DNA from: Selaginella moellendorffii
Taxonomy: Eukaryota > Plantae > Lycopodiophyta
Assembly (NCBI RefSeq): GCF_000143415.4
Contig: NW_003314380.1
Location: forward strand, 355,061-419,060
Length of the DNA stretch: 64,000 nt
Direction of reading: 5' to 3'
Each line of letters opens with the position of its first letter. Position 1 is the stretch's first letter. The notes beneath the pieces were generated by a model. It worked only from the letters and a program-made list of their open reading frames with translations. It was not told the DNA's origin and ran no database searches. Positions 37,620-50,065 of this stretch are shown piece by piece. The translations under genes and the position numbers were made by a program.

Positions 37620-38252
37620 TTAGTTCTTGTGCCTGTTCCACTGACTTCTCTTGCGCTGGTGTTGTTGTGAGCTGCCCCCATTGATCTCGTCGTGCCTGGG
37701 AGGAGCTACAAACTGGGGCTGGTATCCAGCATCCACGATCACTCCCGGATGGTAAGGGGGAGCGGCGGGGGCGGCGGCGGCGGCGGTCCAGACGCCCTCT
37801 ACTGGCGCGAACTCCGGAGGAAAGACGAGGCGGAAATCCGGGGGCATTGGGTAGTCGGGAGGCAGCGAGTAGTAGCTCCGGACGCTGCCGTCGAGCATCA
37901 CGATCTGGTTGACGAGCAGCATTCCCAGGTGGTTAAAATCGCCACCGCCGCCACCATCGCCGCCATCGATTCTAGCGTCGTGTTGCTGCTGCTGCTGCTG
38001 CTGCTGCTGTTGCTGCTGATGGTGATGATGCTGGTGTTGGTGGCGGCGATTCTGGTGGCCTCGGAATTTGCCATCCCGGCCGCGCTGGAATCCCGGGCTG
38101 TCGCCACCGCCCTTCGACTTCTTGCTGGATTCCTCCCATCTCGACAGCCTGTCCCGCCGCTTGCCGTGATTCCCAGAGGAAGAAAATTTCGATACCTGAA
38201 ATGACGGTCCTGGCGATGGCGCTGCCGCTGCCGCTGTCGACCTCTCCTCCAT
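37620..38252 (-). CDS. Gln/His/Gly/Pro-rich protein of unknown function
   Basis: 210-aa ATG-initiated GC-rich ORF with a poly-Q/His tract and one non-low-complexity island, IVMLDGSVRSYYSLPPDY. Confidence 0.5.
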   Translation of the reverse strand: MEERSTAAAAAPSPGPSFQVSKFSSSGNHGKRRDRLSRWEESSKKSKGGGDSPGFQRGRDGKFRGHQNRRHQHQHHHHQQQQQQQQQQQQHDARIDGGDGGGGGDFNHLGMLLVNQIVMLDGSVRSYYSLPPDYPMPPDFRLVFPPEFAPVEGVWTAAAAAPAAPPYHPGVIVDAGYQPQFVAPPRHDEINGGSSQQHQRKRSQWNRHKN

Positions 38253-38594
38253 GCCCCTGTTTCGTGCCCTAGCTCCGCAATTCAGATTAGCGCTAAGTTA
38301 AAGCCTCTAGTCAACTATAGTCAACTTTCGTCAGCTCTAGCCAGCACATCTGTCAACATGGGTCAACCGGTTTTTTTGGATTCTTCATACTTGTCTCGTT
38401 CGTGCCCCGAAGGTTCTGTCGCTCTTTCCAAATCATCAAACAGCCTAAAGAATCTTTTTTTGCGAAAGATGTCAGGGAATATCCCTTATCGTTTGGTTGC
38501 CTTTGGAATTTCCACTAACTTTATATCCTCACATCTCTGCCAATTCTTTTGGACTAGCCTAGGGTGCTGGAATTATCTCTCAATTTGGAAAGCC

Positions 38595-41307
38595 ATGGAG
38601 CAGCAGCAAGAAGATCAAGAGCTTCCAAGTAAATTCCCTTACATTTATGTACTTCACTCTAGCTTTGAGATCTGCAGATGGAAGCTTTGAAACCACTGAT
38701 GCCAAGAAGGAGGCTCCAATTCCAGGTAAAGATCTGCCTCCAGATCCAGCTTAACAGCTTCTAAATCATATACAATTTTGGTTTGCTTTTCAGTAACTGC
38801 AAAACTGGTCATGGATGTACAAGAATGCTCTCAAGATGATGATCAATCTCCCATCGAGGAAGTCCGCCTCACAGTTCCCACCACCGATGACACTTCACTT
38901 CCGGCTCTAACTTTCAGGACCTGGACTCTTGGGATCCTCTCCTGCTTGATCCTCTCTTTCATCAACATGTTCTTCTCTTACAGGAGGCAGCAGCTGAGCG
39001 TGAGTGGCTTGACAGCACAAATTGTCACTCTTCCACTGGGGAAGCTCATGGCTGCCACGCTTCCCACTCAAAAGATCCTGGTCCCAGGCTTGAATTGGGG
39101 CTTTTCTCTGAATCCCGGGCCTTTCAACGTCAAGGAGCATGTGTTAATCACCATCTTTGCAAATGCTGGGGCGGGGGGAGCGTATGCAGTTCATATTGTC
39201 ACAAGTCTCAAGGCGTTTTACAACAGGCAGGATTTTCCATTCTTTGTTGGACTGCTGGTGACACTCACCACGCAAGTAAGCTCTTCCCTTTTGAAGGCAT
39301 TCATTGATTCTTGATTTGTTTGTTCACGTGCGATGCTTTTTTGATAAGATTGTGGGCTTCGGTTTTGCCGGAATGTTCAGAAAGTTCCTTGTCGAGCCCG
39401 CACACATGTGGTGGCCCCAAAATCTCGTCCAGGTCTCATTATTCAGGCAAGTACCTTGAATTTTTCAAGCATGAAGTTCAATAGTAACACATTTTTCATC
39501 CAGGACTTTACACGAGCCAGAAAAGAGGGTCAAAGGTGGTCTGACCAGGATCAATTTCTTTACCATTGTCTTCCTCACCAGCTTTGCATACTATTTGCTC
39601 CCGGGTTATCTCTTTGCAACGCTATCCTCTATTTCATGGGTATGCTACATATGGCCAAAGTCCATTATTGCTCACCAATTAGGGTCTGGGTTGGCGGGCT
39701 ATGGACTTGGAGCCATTGGTCTTGACTGGTCAACAGTAGCGGGATTCCTGGGCAGTCCGCTGGCATCCCCATTTTTTGCTATCGCCAACACTATGGTGGG
39801 ATTTATCGTCACCCTCTATGTTCTTGCCCCCGTGGCATATTGGGGCTATGACATGTATGGGGCAAAGAAATTCCCCCTTCTCTCCCTCCAGCTGTTTGAC
39901 TCGGATGGCCAGGTGTACAATCGGACACGTATCACCACCTCGGCCTTTGATCTGGACACGGTGGCATATAACAACTACAGTCGCCTCCACATCAGCACCA
40001 TCTTTGTCTTCACGTACGGCATTAGCTTTGCCATGCTGACGGCCAGCGTGACGCACGCCATCCTCTTCCACGGAAAGTAAGCTTCGTTTAAAAATTTTCC
40101 CGCTTAAAATTCCCGCGCTTTTCCTAAGAGCCCTAAATTTTGGCGCAGGACGATATGGAGGACGCTCCGGGCGATGGAGGACGCGCGCCCCGACATCCAT
40201 GCCAAGCTGATGAGGAAGTACAAGCGAGTGCCGACGTGGTGGTATGGCTCGCTGCTGGTGATGACGATCGCGCTGTCGGTGATTGCGTGCGAGGTCTACA
40301 ACAACGATTTGCAGCTCAGATGGTGGGGGGTCCTCTTTTCGGTCGGATTGTCGTTCCTCTTCTGCCTTCCAATCGGTGTCCTGCTGGCCACCACGAATCA
40401 GGTTCGTGAAATCCTTCCCCCGATTCTAGGCTGCTGAGGTAAATTTCCCAAATTTCCAGTCTCCGGGCCTCAATGTCATCTCCGAGTACCTCATCGGCTA
40501 CATTTATCCTAACAAGCCGATCGCTAACGTGCTCTTCAAGACCTATGGCACGATCACGGTCTACCAGACGACGTCCTTGCTCAGTGACTTTAAGATCGGG
40601 CACTACATGAAAATCCCGCCAAGGTCCATGTTCATAGCACAGGTAAAAAGCTCCTATCCTTTTACAAAACGAGATTTTACTTGTTCTTCCAGATCGTTGG
40701 AACAATGCTGGCATCCATGACGTATCTGGGCACGGCATGGTGGCTGCTGGAGACCGTCCCAAACATTTGCAATCGCCACATCAAAGGGAACGTGTGGACT
40801 TGCCCGGGCGACACCATCTTCTACGACGCTTCAGTGATCTGGGGGCTCATTGGTCCACAGCGAATTTTTGGCGACCTTGGTCTCTACAAGTCCCTCAACT
40901 GGTGCTTCCTCTTGGGCGCCATAGCTCCAGTAATCCACTGGGTGCTCACCAAAGTCTTCCCCACTGTGGAGTGGCTCAAGTACGTCGTGGTTCCGGTTCT
41001 CATCGGCGGCGCCGGCGCCATGCCTTACGCGACGGCCGTGAATTACTGGAGCTGGTTCGTGGTGGGCTTCTTCTTCAATTACTTCATCTTTAGAACGAGG
41101 AAGAAATGGTGGCAACGGCACAACTACATCCTCTCGGCAGCTCTCGACGCAGGCGTGGCTTTCATGGGAGTTTTCATCTACGCATTCCTCAGCATCAACA
41201 GCAAGAAAGTAACTTGGTGGGGGAATGTGCAGCTCGACGATCAGTGTCCTCTGGCAACTTGTCCGACAGCTCCTGGGATCAAGGTCGATGGCTGCCCAGT
41301 CCATTGA
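38595..41307 (+). CDS. Oligopeptide transporter (OPT family)
   Basis: [82 protein letters not shown] and C-terminal [15 protein letters not shown]. Confidence 0.95.
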
Positions 41308-41518
41308 AGAACAAAAATCAAGCCGAAAACTGGTAAGATGACCGTGAATGACTGATTACTAAACTAAACAGCCCGCGACTCCAGCAAGAAAAACGATCAC
41401 ATTATTCATGCCGAAGGAGAAAACGAAGGGAGAAACACTCACCTCGGCTATCCGCGGAAAAAAACTAAAGAAAAAAAGAGTTCTCTCCGTCTCATCTCCG
41501 TCTCCGTGGTCTCGGTGA

Positions 41519-42579
41519 TCATATTGCTGCTGCTAAAACAGTGAGCGTGAATCCAACCTTTGGTCTGGTGGTTTTGAGGGCCTTGGTGTTGACCTCCGCG
41601 TACATCCCAAAGTTGATCAAGGGATTGGGCTCGTACTGGAGCAACGCCGCCAGCATCCCGTGGTTGTCGACCCGGGACTTGATGGTGGTGAAGTTGTCCA
41701 TCTTGTACGAGGTTCCAAGCATCGCCGTTGTCAACTTTCGGTCGAGCTTGTGGTTGAGATGGCAGGCCCACGCCACCTTCTTGTTCAACGCTTGGGAGCA
41801 GTACAAATCCACCGATTTGCCGTTCTTTGGATCGACGAGAAGCGCTCCGGACACGTCCGGGGAAAAGAATCCTAGCCCTGCGAGATAAAAGTTTGCGCAA
41901 AGCTTGAAGAAGAACACGAGCGAAAGAGAAACGAAGGTCTGTTACCTGCTGTTGAGCCTATGAGTCGGTTGCTTTGCGGGTCGTAAACCAGCGAGCCTCC
42001 AAGCGTGAGCTTGGAAGTTCCAAAGTTGGCAGAGACTTCCATGGAGGGCTTGGCCTTGAAGCCATTCAAGGTGGCCGTCAAGGCTGCTCGATCGTGGAAG
42101 TATTGCAAGTGAGTCTTCCCGGAGTTGACAGCTCCTGGAACAGCCGTGGACAAAGAAACCTTGAGGCCTGGAATAACTTCGTCATACGTGGTGTTGGCAG
42201 TAATCTGGAAACTCAAAAGTTAGCAAGGCATTGAAGATAGAACAAAAGAAAGAAGAAAAAAGAGGTGAAATAACGATGGGCTATCAAAAGAGTTCTAGCG
42301 AAGCAATGGGGCAGAAAGAAAGATTGGAGAGCGAACCTGGCATAAGTTACTGGCGGAGACCTCGGCTTGCATCGCGTCCCTCTTCAAGGAGCAACTCATG
42401 ACTCCCACCACGGTGCCCTCCAACATGGTAGCAGTGGTGGAAACGGTGGCGCCGTTGGGGGCAAGATACGAGAGCATCAACATATGCCCCGCGCTGAAAC
42501 CCTTTTGGAGGAGATCGCGCGCCTGCTTGCCGACATCGCTGTAGAGCACCGGCCCCGATCCCTTGCCTCCGGCGCCCAT
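41519..42579 (-). CDS. VDAC: Mitochondrial porin / voltage-dependent anion channel, 3 exons
   Basis: GPVLYSDVGKQARDLL N-terminal helix, SGKTHLQYFHD and beta-strand pattern ending in KVGFTL. Confidence 0.9.
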
Positions 42580-42874
42580 GATCAATCACTCGATGGACCG
42601 AGAGAGGGGAGAGATTGAAGAAGCCGAGGCGAGGGCGCGATTAGGGTTCTTCACACCACCGCGCTCGCATTTGCTGGCTTCTTGCATGGAAAAAAACCCA
42701 ACGAACTGTAAGGCACCTGGGCATGACACGTGTTTCTGGAATTTTGGCTTTGTGGAGCGATCTCGGTGGTTGATTTTAACGGTGAGATTTGCGCTTTAGG
42801 GCTAGGGCAAAATCTCTTTTCAGTGCACGAGGCTATGGCGGGAGGGGTTTAAGGCGCGCGCTCGCCTCCATGCG

Positions 42875-43695
42875 ATGTGGATCCGGTATTTTGTTGTGAA
42901 GCTTACGCATTCGATCGCCACTGCTGCCAAGGTATGGAACATCAAAATCCTCGCCGATCGCGCCCGGCAATGGCTTAGTGTTCTCGCAGAGCTATGACAA
43001 GGGACAAATCAATGAAAAGCAACTAGGCGATAGAATCTGGAAGAACTTGTTTCAGGGCAGGCTCACATTCTTCCACCATGTCAAAGGCGAGCAAATGGCT
43101 CCCACCTTCAAGAGCCAGGGAGAGACTCTACTCGTGAGATCGGTACCTCTTCCATCTTCTAGGCAAGACTAGCTCTATTTTCTTGCTACTTTCTTACTCA
43201 CTCTTCCTGGATTTTGATCAAAGGTGTATCTTCATCGGTGACGTTGTCGTCTTTAAAGATCCTCAGGATACCGCGCAAGCTCTTGTGCGCAGAGTGGCGG
43301 CCCTGGAGGGCGATGAGCTTGTTTCTACCGATGAGAAGGACGAGCCTTTCACTCTCGAGGAAGGGCAGTGCTGGGTGGTCTCTGATAACGAGGCCTTGAG
43401 TTCAAAGGTAGCTCTCTCTCTTTTGTTGTTACTAGCTGAGAACTCTACAATGGTGACCAGGAAGCTTACGATAGTAGAACTTTCGGACCATTGCCAATGA
43501 AGAACATCTTCGGCCGAGCAATCTACTGCAGCCACTCCGCTGTTGATCACGGTCACGTTCTTAACAGGTAGATGGTTCCATGTCTCTTTTCTTTTGTCAC
43601 TCTCAAGTTTCTTGTATAGCTCCGAAGCAATGCACAAAGATACTCCTGTTGTTGCCGTGGAGCTTGACCTGGAGGAGCTAAGGAAGCAAGCTTGA
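42875..43695 (+). CDS. Peptidase S26 / mitochondrial inner-membrane-protease-like protein, 5 exons
   Basis: GEQMAPT, GDVVVFKDP, LVRRVAALEGD, CWVVSDN and DSRTFGPLP. Confidence 0.85.
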
Positions 43696-43837
43696 AGGCT
43701 TGATGAAGGAACCGAGAAATCAAAGGTGGTAATAAGACAGCAAGTCCTCATCAGTTTCTCGGGTCAGTTTCGTTTTACAAAAACAGCCTTGCACTGCGTG
43801 CTCCAAAGCTTTTCTCTGGGGCCAACGTTGTACTTGT

Positions 43838-45248
43838 TTACTCTGCTTCAATGCCTACGCCGTTTGTAGCGATGACGCTCACTCGAGTGATGTCGTTCTC
43901 TCCGGTCACTTTGGTAGCCTGCATCTCGACGTCCCCTCTCGGGCTCCCGGCAGTGTTTCCGTTTGATCCGCTTGTGTTTTCTCGTCTCATACTTCCCCGT
44001 CTCACGCTGCTGAAAGCTCCTCTTGCGTTTTCTCGAGTGCTGCTGATGATGATCCGTCTCATACTCCTGGACTTTCTCGATTCATCAGTGTCGTACATTC
44101 TCGTCTCATACCTTGTCAAGTGATCCATCTCAGTGTTCGTCCCATACCTTTTCAAATAACCCGTCGGCTGGTCATAGCGCTTTATGGTTCCATGTCTCCT
44201 CGAACTCGATGGCTGCCTTGTATCCATTTCAGGATCTGTGCTTTCGACTATGCCCTTCCCTCTCGAGCTTGATCCGGATTCTATATGTAGCCACCTCTCG
44301 CCTTTGCTCGACTTCACAGAGAGCTTGAGCTTCGAGTAGAAATCCCAATCGCGGCTATCCTCCGTGATCAAGGGCTGTCCTATCGGGTTGCTTCGCACGA
44401 AGTCTCGAACGTCTGGGACATCAATCAGCTTCGTCAAGTATCCCTGGAGTGCGGGTAGAAAATCGTCTGCGGAGGTGGTGGTTTCCATAGCCGAGTATGG
44501 AAGAGCCAGCACCGCTGTATGGTCCTGGATGGCCACAGTCCATTACTGCATGAAAGTATGAAAAGAAAGAGAAACTTACGGGGTTTCGCAGTACTTTGTG
44601 TGGACTGTCATCGATGAGAAGCGTGTTCCAGGGTCCATACTCGCCTTTGTCCCAGGGAACGTCCGGCTTAGAACTCTCCCACACTTTTTTCAGCTCCTTG
44701 AGGAAGAGGGGCTTGAACTTGTTGTCGAGACATTTCACTCCAGTATCAGTGCACCATTTCTGGCTCTGTTACAAGAAAAAGAGAGCGAAAAAGACTAAAT
44801 GATCGTGAACTTCCCGACGAAGCGAACCATACCCAGATGAACGCAAGCAATTTTTTGGATTCCCCTAGTATCAAGTTTACCATTCCCATTACATTGTGCC
44901 TAAAAAGAAATTCTTAGAACTAAGAAAGAATGGTGTGTTAAGTTTAGAGCTTACTCTTTGGCAGAGGACCAAACAGCGACGTGAAAATGCCGCAAGCAGA
45001 ACTGGAGAAACTCCTCGCAATGGGGCCTCCTATACACTGGGAGCGCATTGTCACACAAGAAACAACCAAGGGTTTGAAGACTCACCAAGAAATCGCCCCA
45101 CCACGGCATCGTGCAATCGCGGAGGCCGATCCTCCTTCATGAAATAGGTGTCGACGAGCAGGCCATTGACGTCGAGAATCAGCAGCTTCTTCTTCCCCGC
45201 GCCGTTACCGCTGGCGCTGCCGCCATCGCCATCGCCTTCTCGATCCAT
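43838..45248 (-). CDS. HAD-superfamily FCP1/NIF-homology domain protein
   Basis: KKLLILDVNGLLVD, VYRRPHCEEFLQFC, FIWSQKWCTDTG, KPLFLKEL and NTLLIDDSPHKVLRNP. Confidence 0.85.
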
Positions 45249-45301
45249 TGCCTCCAGCCCTAAAATAAGAAGAAATTTAGGGTTTATAAAGAAGTGAAAC
45301 G

Positions 45302-46285
45302 ATGGACGAGGGGAGCGAGGGCGACGACGCATTGCCCGCGGCCTCGCTCCTCGCTACCGACGTGGAGATCGAAGGTACGAAGAATGCGCCGGCATCGCTG
45401 CCCCCGCGCAAGCGCCATCTCATCGGCCTGAAGAACAACGGGATTAGCAACAGCAGCGCTCCAATTGCGACTGGAATTCTTCCTCCTCCTCCTCCTCTCT
45501 CGCCCTCCCGGATTTGCCCCGATGGTCTCGTGGTTTTTCTCTCGGAGGGCGCGCTCCTGGAAGCCATGGAGAAGAAGGATCCCCTCGAGGCTTGCGTGAG
45601 GTGTGGAGACAGGGAAGGCAGCGGTGCCTGGCGGCGAGTGAAAGATGGAGGGATTTATCAGTTCTTGTGTAGAGCGTGCACGCTTCTCTACATGGGATGC
45701 CCCCACTGCTTGGTGGTCTTCCAAGAAAATGCCGGCAGTGGAGAAGATTGGATCGCTTGCTGCCGCTGCCAAAGATCCGTGCATGCCCGCTGTGAGACGG
45801 AGGCGAATCCAGCATCGCTGCCGCTGGAGCCGCCAACTTTCGTTTGCTGCGAGTGTAGGAGGGGTGAAGAACAGCCGAGTGTAAAGAAGCCGCGGGCGAT
45901 TGATATGATCCAGGGGCACCAAGAACAGGAGCTCGAAAGAAGTCCCGAGGATGTTCTTGCCGCTGCTCGAGACGCGGCGGCGCAGGCTCTCAAGGCGGCC
46001 GTCACTGCCAAGGCTGCTGCCGCTGCCAAGGCCGCGGCTGCCGTCAAGGCCGCCATGCTCGCTAGGAACGCTCTCAACAACGCAGCGCTCGCGGCAAAAG
46101 AGGATCTTTTGATCGCCAAGAGCTTGGGCGAGTGTCCGGATGATCCAGAGGAAGGAATGGAAGCTCCAGTTCTTCCTCCTCCAGCAGAGAAAGCCAAGAC
46201 GGCCGAAGAGATCGACGAGGATTTTGCTCGTCAGCTTCACAGGGAGATGAACAGCTCTACGAGGAACGCTCAACGAAAGATCTAA
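45302..46285 (+). CDS. PHD-like zinc-finger protein with an Ala-rich helix, intronless
   Basis: CxxC pairs (CVRC, CRAC, CPHC, CCRC..H..C, CCEC) and C-terminal DEDFARQLHREMNSS. Confidence 0.75.
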   Translation: MDEGSEGDDALPAASLLATDVEIEGTKNAPASLPPRKRHLIGLKNNGISNSSAPIATGILPPPPPLSPSRICPDGLVVFLSEGALLEAMEKKDPLEACVRCGDREGSGAWRRVKDGGIYQFLCRACTLLYMGCPHCLVVFQENAGSGEDWIACCRCQRSVHARCETEANPASLPLEPPTFVCCECRRGEEQPSVKKPRAIDMIQGHQEQELERSPEDVLAAARDAAAQALKAAVTAKAAAAAKAAAAVKAAMLARNALNNAALAAKEDLLIAKSLGECPDDPEEGMEAPVLPPPAEKAKTAEEIDEDFARQLHREMNSSTRNAQRKI

Positions 46286-46547
46286 AGAACAGCTCTCCAG
46301 ATTTTCCATTCTTTGCGACTCGCGCGAAAGTTTTGGCTCCACGCATGAAAATCATCTCAGGTACAAGGCTTTTTTCCTTCATCGCTCTGATGTTCTTGGT
46401 TTTCTTTGCGTGACACAGGTCATTCGATCGATCATCACAATTGTCTATACACACACGAAAAGAATCAAGGAGATCGTTCTTTGTATAAGATTTTTTTGTA
46501 AAGATATTTGCCGCGCCTTTGTGGAGAGATTTTAGGGCTAGGTTTTA

Positions 46548-48920
46548 ATGTTTAAGGTATGCAGCGGGATCATTGGCATTGGCGTGAGGAAGAGAGCTGG
46601 ATCGATCGGCTCTGGAGCCGGTCTTCTCGCAATCTCGTGTCGTTGGATCAATGGAGCTGCCGGCAGTCGATTCAATAGCGATGACGGCGGCAAGAGGTAC
46701 AGCGTCATCAAGATCGACAAGAATGGGGTTTGGGAGACGTTATCGCTCAGCTTGACTGAATTGGTGAGTTTAGATATAGTTTTTTCAATGGAGAGAATTA
46801 AAAATGTTGCTGCTTTAGGGGATCCATCCGAGAGATATGGATGTGATCACTGGGAATTCTTTCATTCCAAGTCGAGCGACGCTCGCATTGCGGTATGACA
46901 AGGTAAAGCTATGAGTGTTTGTTTTTCTTTTGTGATATAAAACTTTGTGTAGGTGTTGGTGAGGATGGAAAACGTCAGAGCCCTTGTTTCCAGAGATTTT
47001 TGTCTGCTCTTTGATGCACACAGGAGGTTTTGTATCCTTTTTTTCCTTCATATTCGGTTGATGTTTGTTCTTGTGTTTACATACTTTTGTTTTGTTTTGT
47101 AGACGCCAGCCGCGAGAAGCTGTCGTTCCAACTAAGAAAGTGGAAACAGACGTGACACACAAGTTAGGGACAGTTTTTTTTTTTGAGAATTTCACACTGT
47201 TTTTGCTAATGCAAACGTTCTCAGAGCAGCTAGGGATGCTTTTGCAACTTCACTGGCTAGGTATGCGAGGGATACGCCAAACTCTCATATGGACCAAATG
47301 CCTTTCCACCTCCGGATGATGGAATGCCTGTTTGAAGAAACTAGCAACTTTTTCAACCAGAAAGTTGAAAGGTAAAGGCCAGGCTCGCAGCTTTCTACTT
47401 GACCACTTTTACAAGATTGACAGTGGTTGCGGAACGGGCACTCGAGGATTTAACCCTTGGCGTTAGTACTGGTCGGTATGTACAGCCGCGACATTATGTT
47501 ATTTTCTTTCGTTTTCTCGTTTTAATGCGTTTGTATACAGGTTGCAGAGACTGCTGCCACTGAAACGATCGCTGACAGAAGTGGAACATGACATCAGGGA
47601 TACGCACGAAGTTATGGACCAGGTTATTCTCTTCTTTGAAAAGTCCTAGAAACGTTATTATGCGCGTTTTTGGAAATTTTCCAGGTTTTGAACAGTGAGG
47701 AAATGCTTCGGTCATTCTGCCTGGAAGTCCCTGCAAGGTCATTTATGTCTTCTTTTTCGTAGATGCTGCTTTCTTCTGATTTTTTCGTTTCCGGCAGTTG
47801 TGTAGATGTTGACTCTGAGAAAGCAAAGGCCAAGGTTCGCCAACTAGCTGCAGACATGCTATTTACATACTTGAGAGAGGTGAGTCTGTGGTAGATTATA
47901 CATTCGTACCTAAGTACTGTTTTTGAGGCTAGATTGACGACGCTGGCGCTGTTCTGGAAGAGTTGAGGAAGGAAATGGATGCGGCTCAAGAGGTCTTTGA
48001 CTGGGTTTTCTCCGTTTTTTAAGTTTTGTCTTTGTCGCTATGGCAGGTTTGGGAGCTAGGCCTGGATGCTACACGAAACCGTATTATCACTACCAACCTA
48101 TACATTAGTTTTGCCACACTGTCATTCAGTCTGTAAGATTATGGCATTATTTTTTTCTTTACAAGCTCCTGGTCGTTGATACATGGTGCTGGTTTTGCAG
48201 GGCAACTTTACCTGGCAGCTTTTTTGGCATGAACGTCACCAAGTACGCAGCATATAAGTCTTCTCTTTCGGAATGCAAAGTTTTAATTCTCTCTATTCTA
48301 TTCCAGTGGCTGGGAGAACGATCTCAATATGTTCCGGCTGATAGCAGGAACAACCCTGTGTACAGCAACAATCCTTGGCGTAGCGCTGATAGTTGGATTC
48401 CGAGTTTGGCCCCGTTTTGTGGACAGACGCCGTGCACAGGTTATACTTAACTCTTGGTAAAATAACGAAGCTCAAATCGATGGTGACAGGAACATGCGGC
48501 ACTCCTTGATCTACTTCAGCATATCGATGACATTGAAGAGATTTTCAGGGACATTGAGCTAAAAGGTATCAACTTCTGCGCTAATTAGCACACACTAGTA
48601 ACAGTGGGACTTTGTTCTTTTAGCTGGAGGCCGCAACATTTCCAAAGAGCAATTCCATCAAATTCTCCGGAGCCATCCTTCCTCGCGTTTCATGCGACAG
48701 GTTTGGGAATTATCATATCCTTGGGAACGTTTGGGCTTACATAATTCTTCGCTGGCATGCACAGAGGGAGATCGATTTTTTATTCCGCATGTTCGACAGG
48801 AATCAGGACAGCTACCTCGAGGCAAGTCAAAAGTCAAGTTTGATGTGAGATGAAATGTGCTTTTTGCTACAGGCCTCTGAGAGGAAGTTTACGTCGCAAA
48901 GGATGCCAAAGGCTGGCTAG
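46548..48920 (+). CDS. MRS2: CorA/MRS2 magnesium transporter with a C-terminal EF-hand extension, many small exons
   Basis: GIHPRDM, MPFHLRMME, LLPLKRSL, LDATRNRII, GMN signature (ggcatgaac near 48226) and TM2, then exons encoding ISKEQF and FRMFDRNQDSYLE. Confidence 0.85.
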
Positions 48921-49597
48921 TCAGTCACGACATAAATAACGTTTACACCTCAAACTTCGACGAGACCGAGAAAACTGAAAGACATAACGTGGACACGATC
49001 AAAACGCGAAGAGTGGTGGAAACACGAAGTGGTCGGCCGCCAGGGAAAGAGAATAAAGAGGGACGCCGAGTCAAAAAAACGGCGGTGGATCTTCGCTGCC
49101 TACCCTTCCTTTTTCGCGTAAGTGGGAACAGCAGCGCTACGTGACAGGGATTCTTATCGTCAAAAGCATTGAGTATGTGGTAACGACGTTTTGCAAAAGG
49201 AGATTCAGCATCCACGTGATTTATTTAGGCGAAGACAACGTTCCTTGCGTTGAGGCATCCTTGTCTTTGGTCGTTCGTACGTACGTACATAGAATGTTCA
49301 TATTATCAGGAGAATATATTTTGGGAAAGGAATATATTTTGGCATTTACGCCTGAGAGGATTGACCCTTGACCAAGCGACAGCGCCGGGTCAATTATGGT
49401 GGACTGTTTGTTCGAGTCGGGCTTGGATTGTATCGGCCAGCCACGCTACAGTATGTCAACAGTTAAATTGACTAGATGTCAAAGACAGTCAACAGCCTGC
49501 AGCATGGAATATACTCCGGAGTTGGTGAGAACTGTGAGTGCGCAGCCATTGTTGTTTTAGTTTGATAAGAATCGTTTCTCTAGTGGAATTCCCTGGA

Positions 49598-49690
49598 GTC
49601 CACGTCACTGTCCAGATCACCGCAATTCCTGCATGGCACTGCCACGCGGCCATAATTGAGTGACGTGTTTGGAACACGTGTGGTTGACCG
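49598..49690 (+). promoter_or_regulatory. Cluster of ACGT-core/ABRE-G-box-like elements upstream of the ABCG gene
   Basis: ccacgtca, gccacgcggc, tgacgtgt and acacgtgtgg within about 90 bp, about 400 bp upstream of the ATG. Confidence 0.35.
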
Positions 49691-50065
49691 AGGGGCTCGG
49701 CTTGTAAATTTTAAAAAGGCTTGCAAGCGGGCAGGCCGTGTCTTCCCTAGAGACGCGCTCAAGAGAGAGCGGCGGGCATCTCTTATCCTCTCCTCCTCCC
49801 TCCCTCCTCCATTGAGCGGCATCTCCTCCCTGATCGATCGATCGCGGCCAGGCGCGGCGGGCGAGCAGGAGAGATCTTGCGCCACAGCACTTGGATTCTT
49901 GGAGCCTGATCAGGTGGGAAATATTTCGCGAAATCGCGAGGTATTTCGATCGCCGTTCTTCGAGAACGAGCGCAGTTCCCCCGGGGTGCCACAGATTTAC
50001 GCGAGAATGACAGGGATTTGAGCGCCAGGGCAGCGATCTGGGGAAATCGTCGTTCTTGAAATACC

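Noticed and set aside
45284-46342. 352-aa antisense ORF over the PHD-like gene
   Set aside because: Shadow ORF of GC-rich coding sequence with no recognisable motifs
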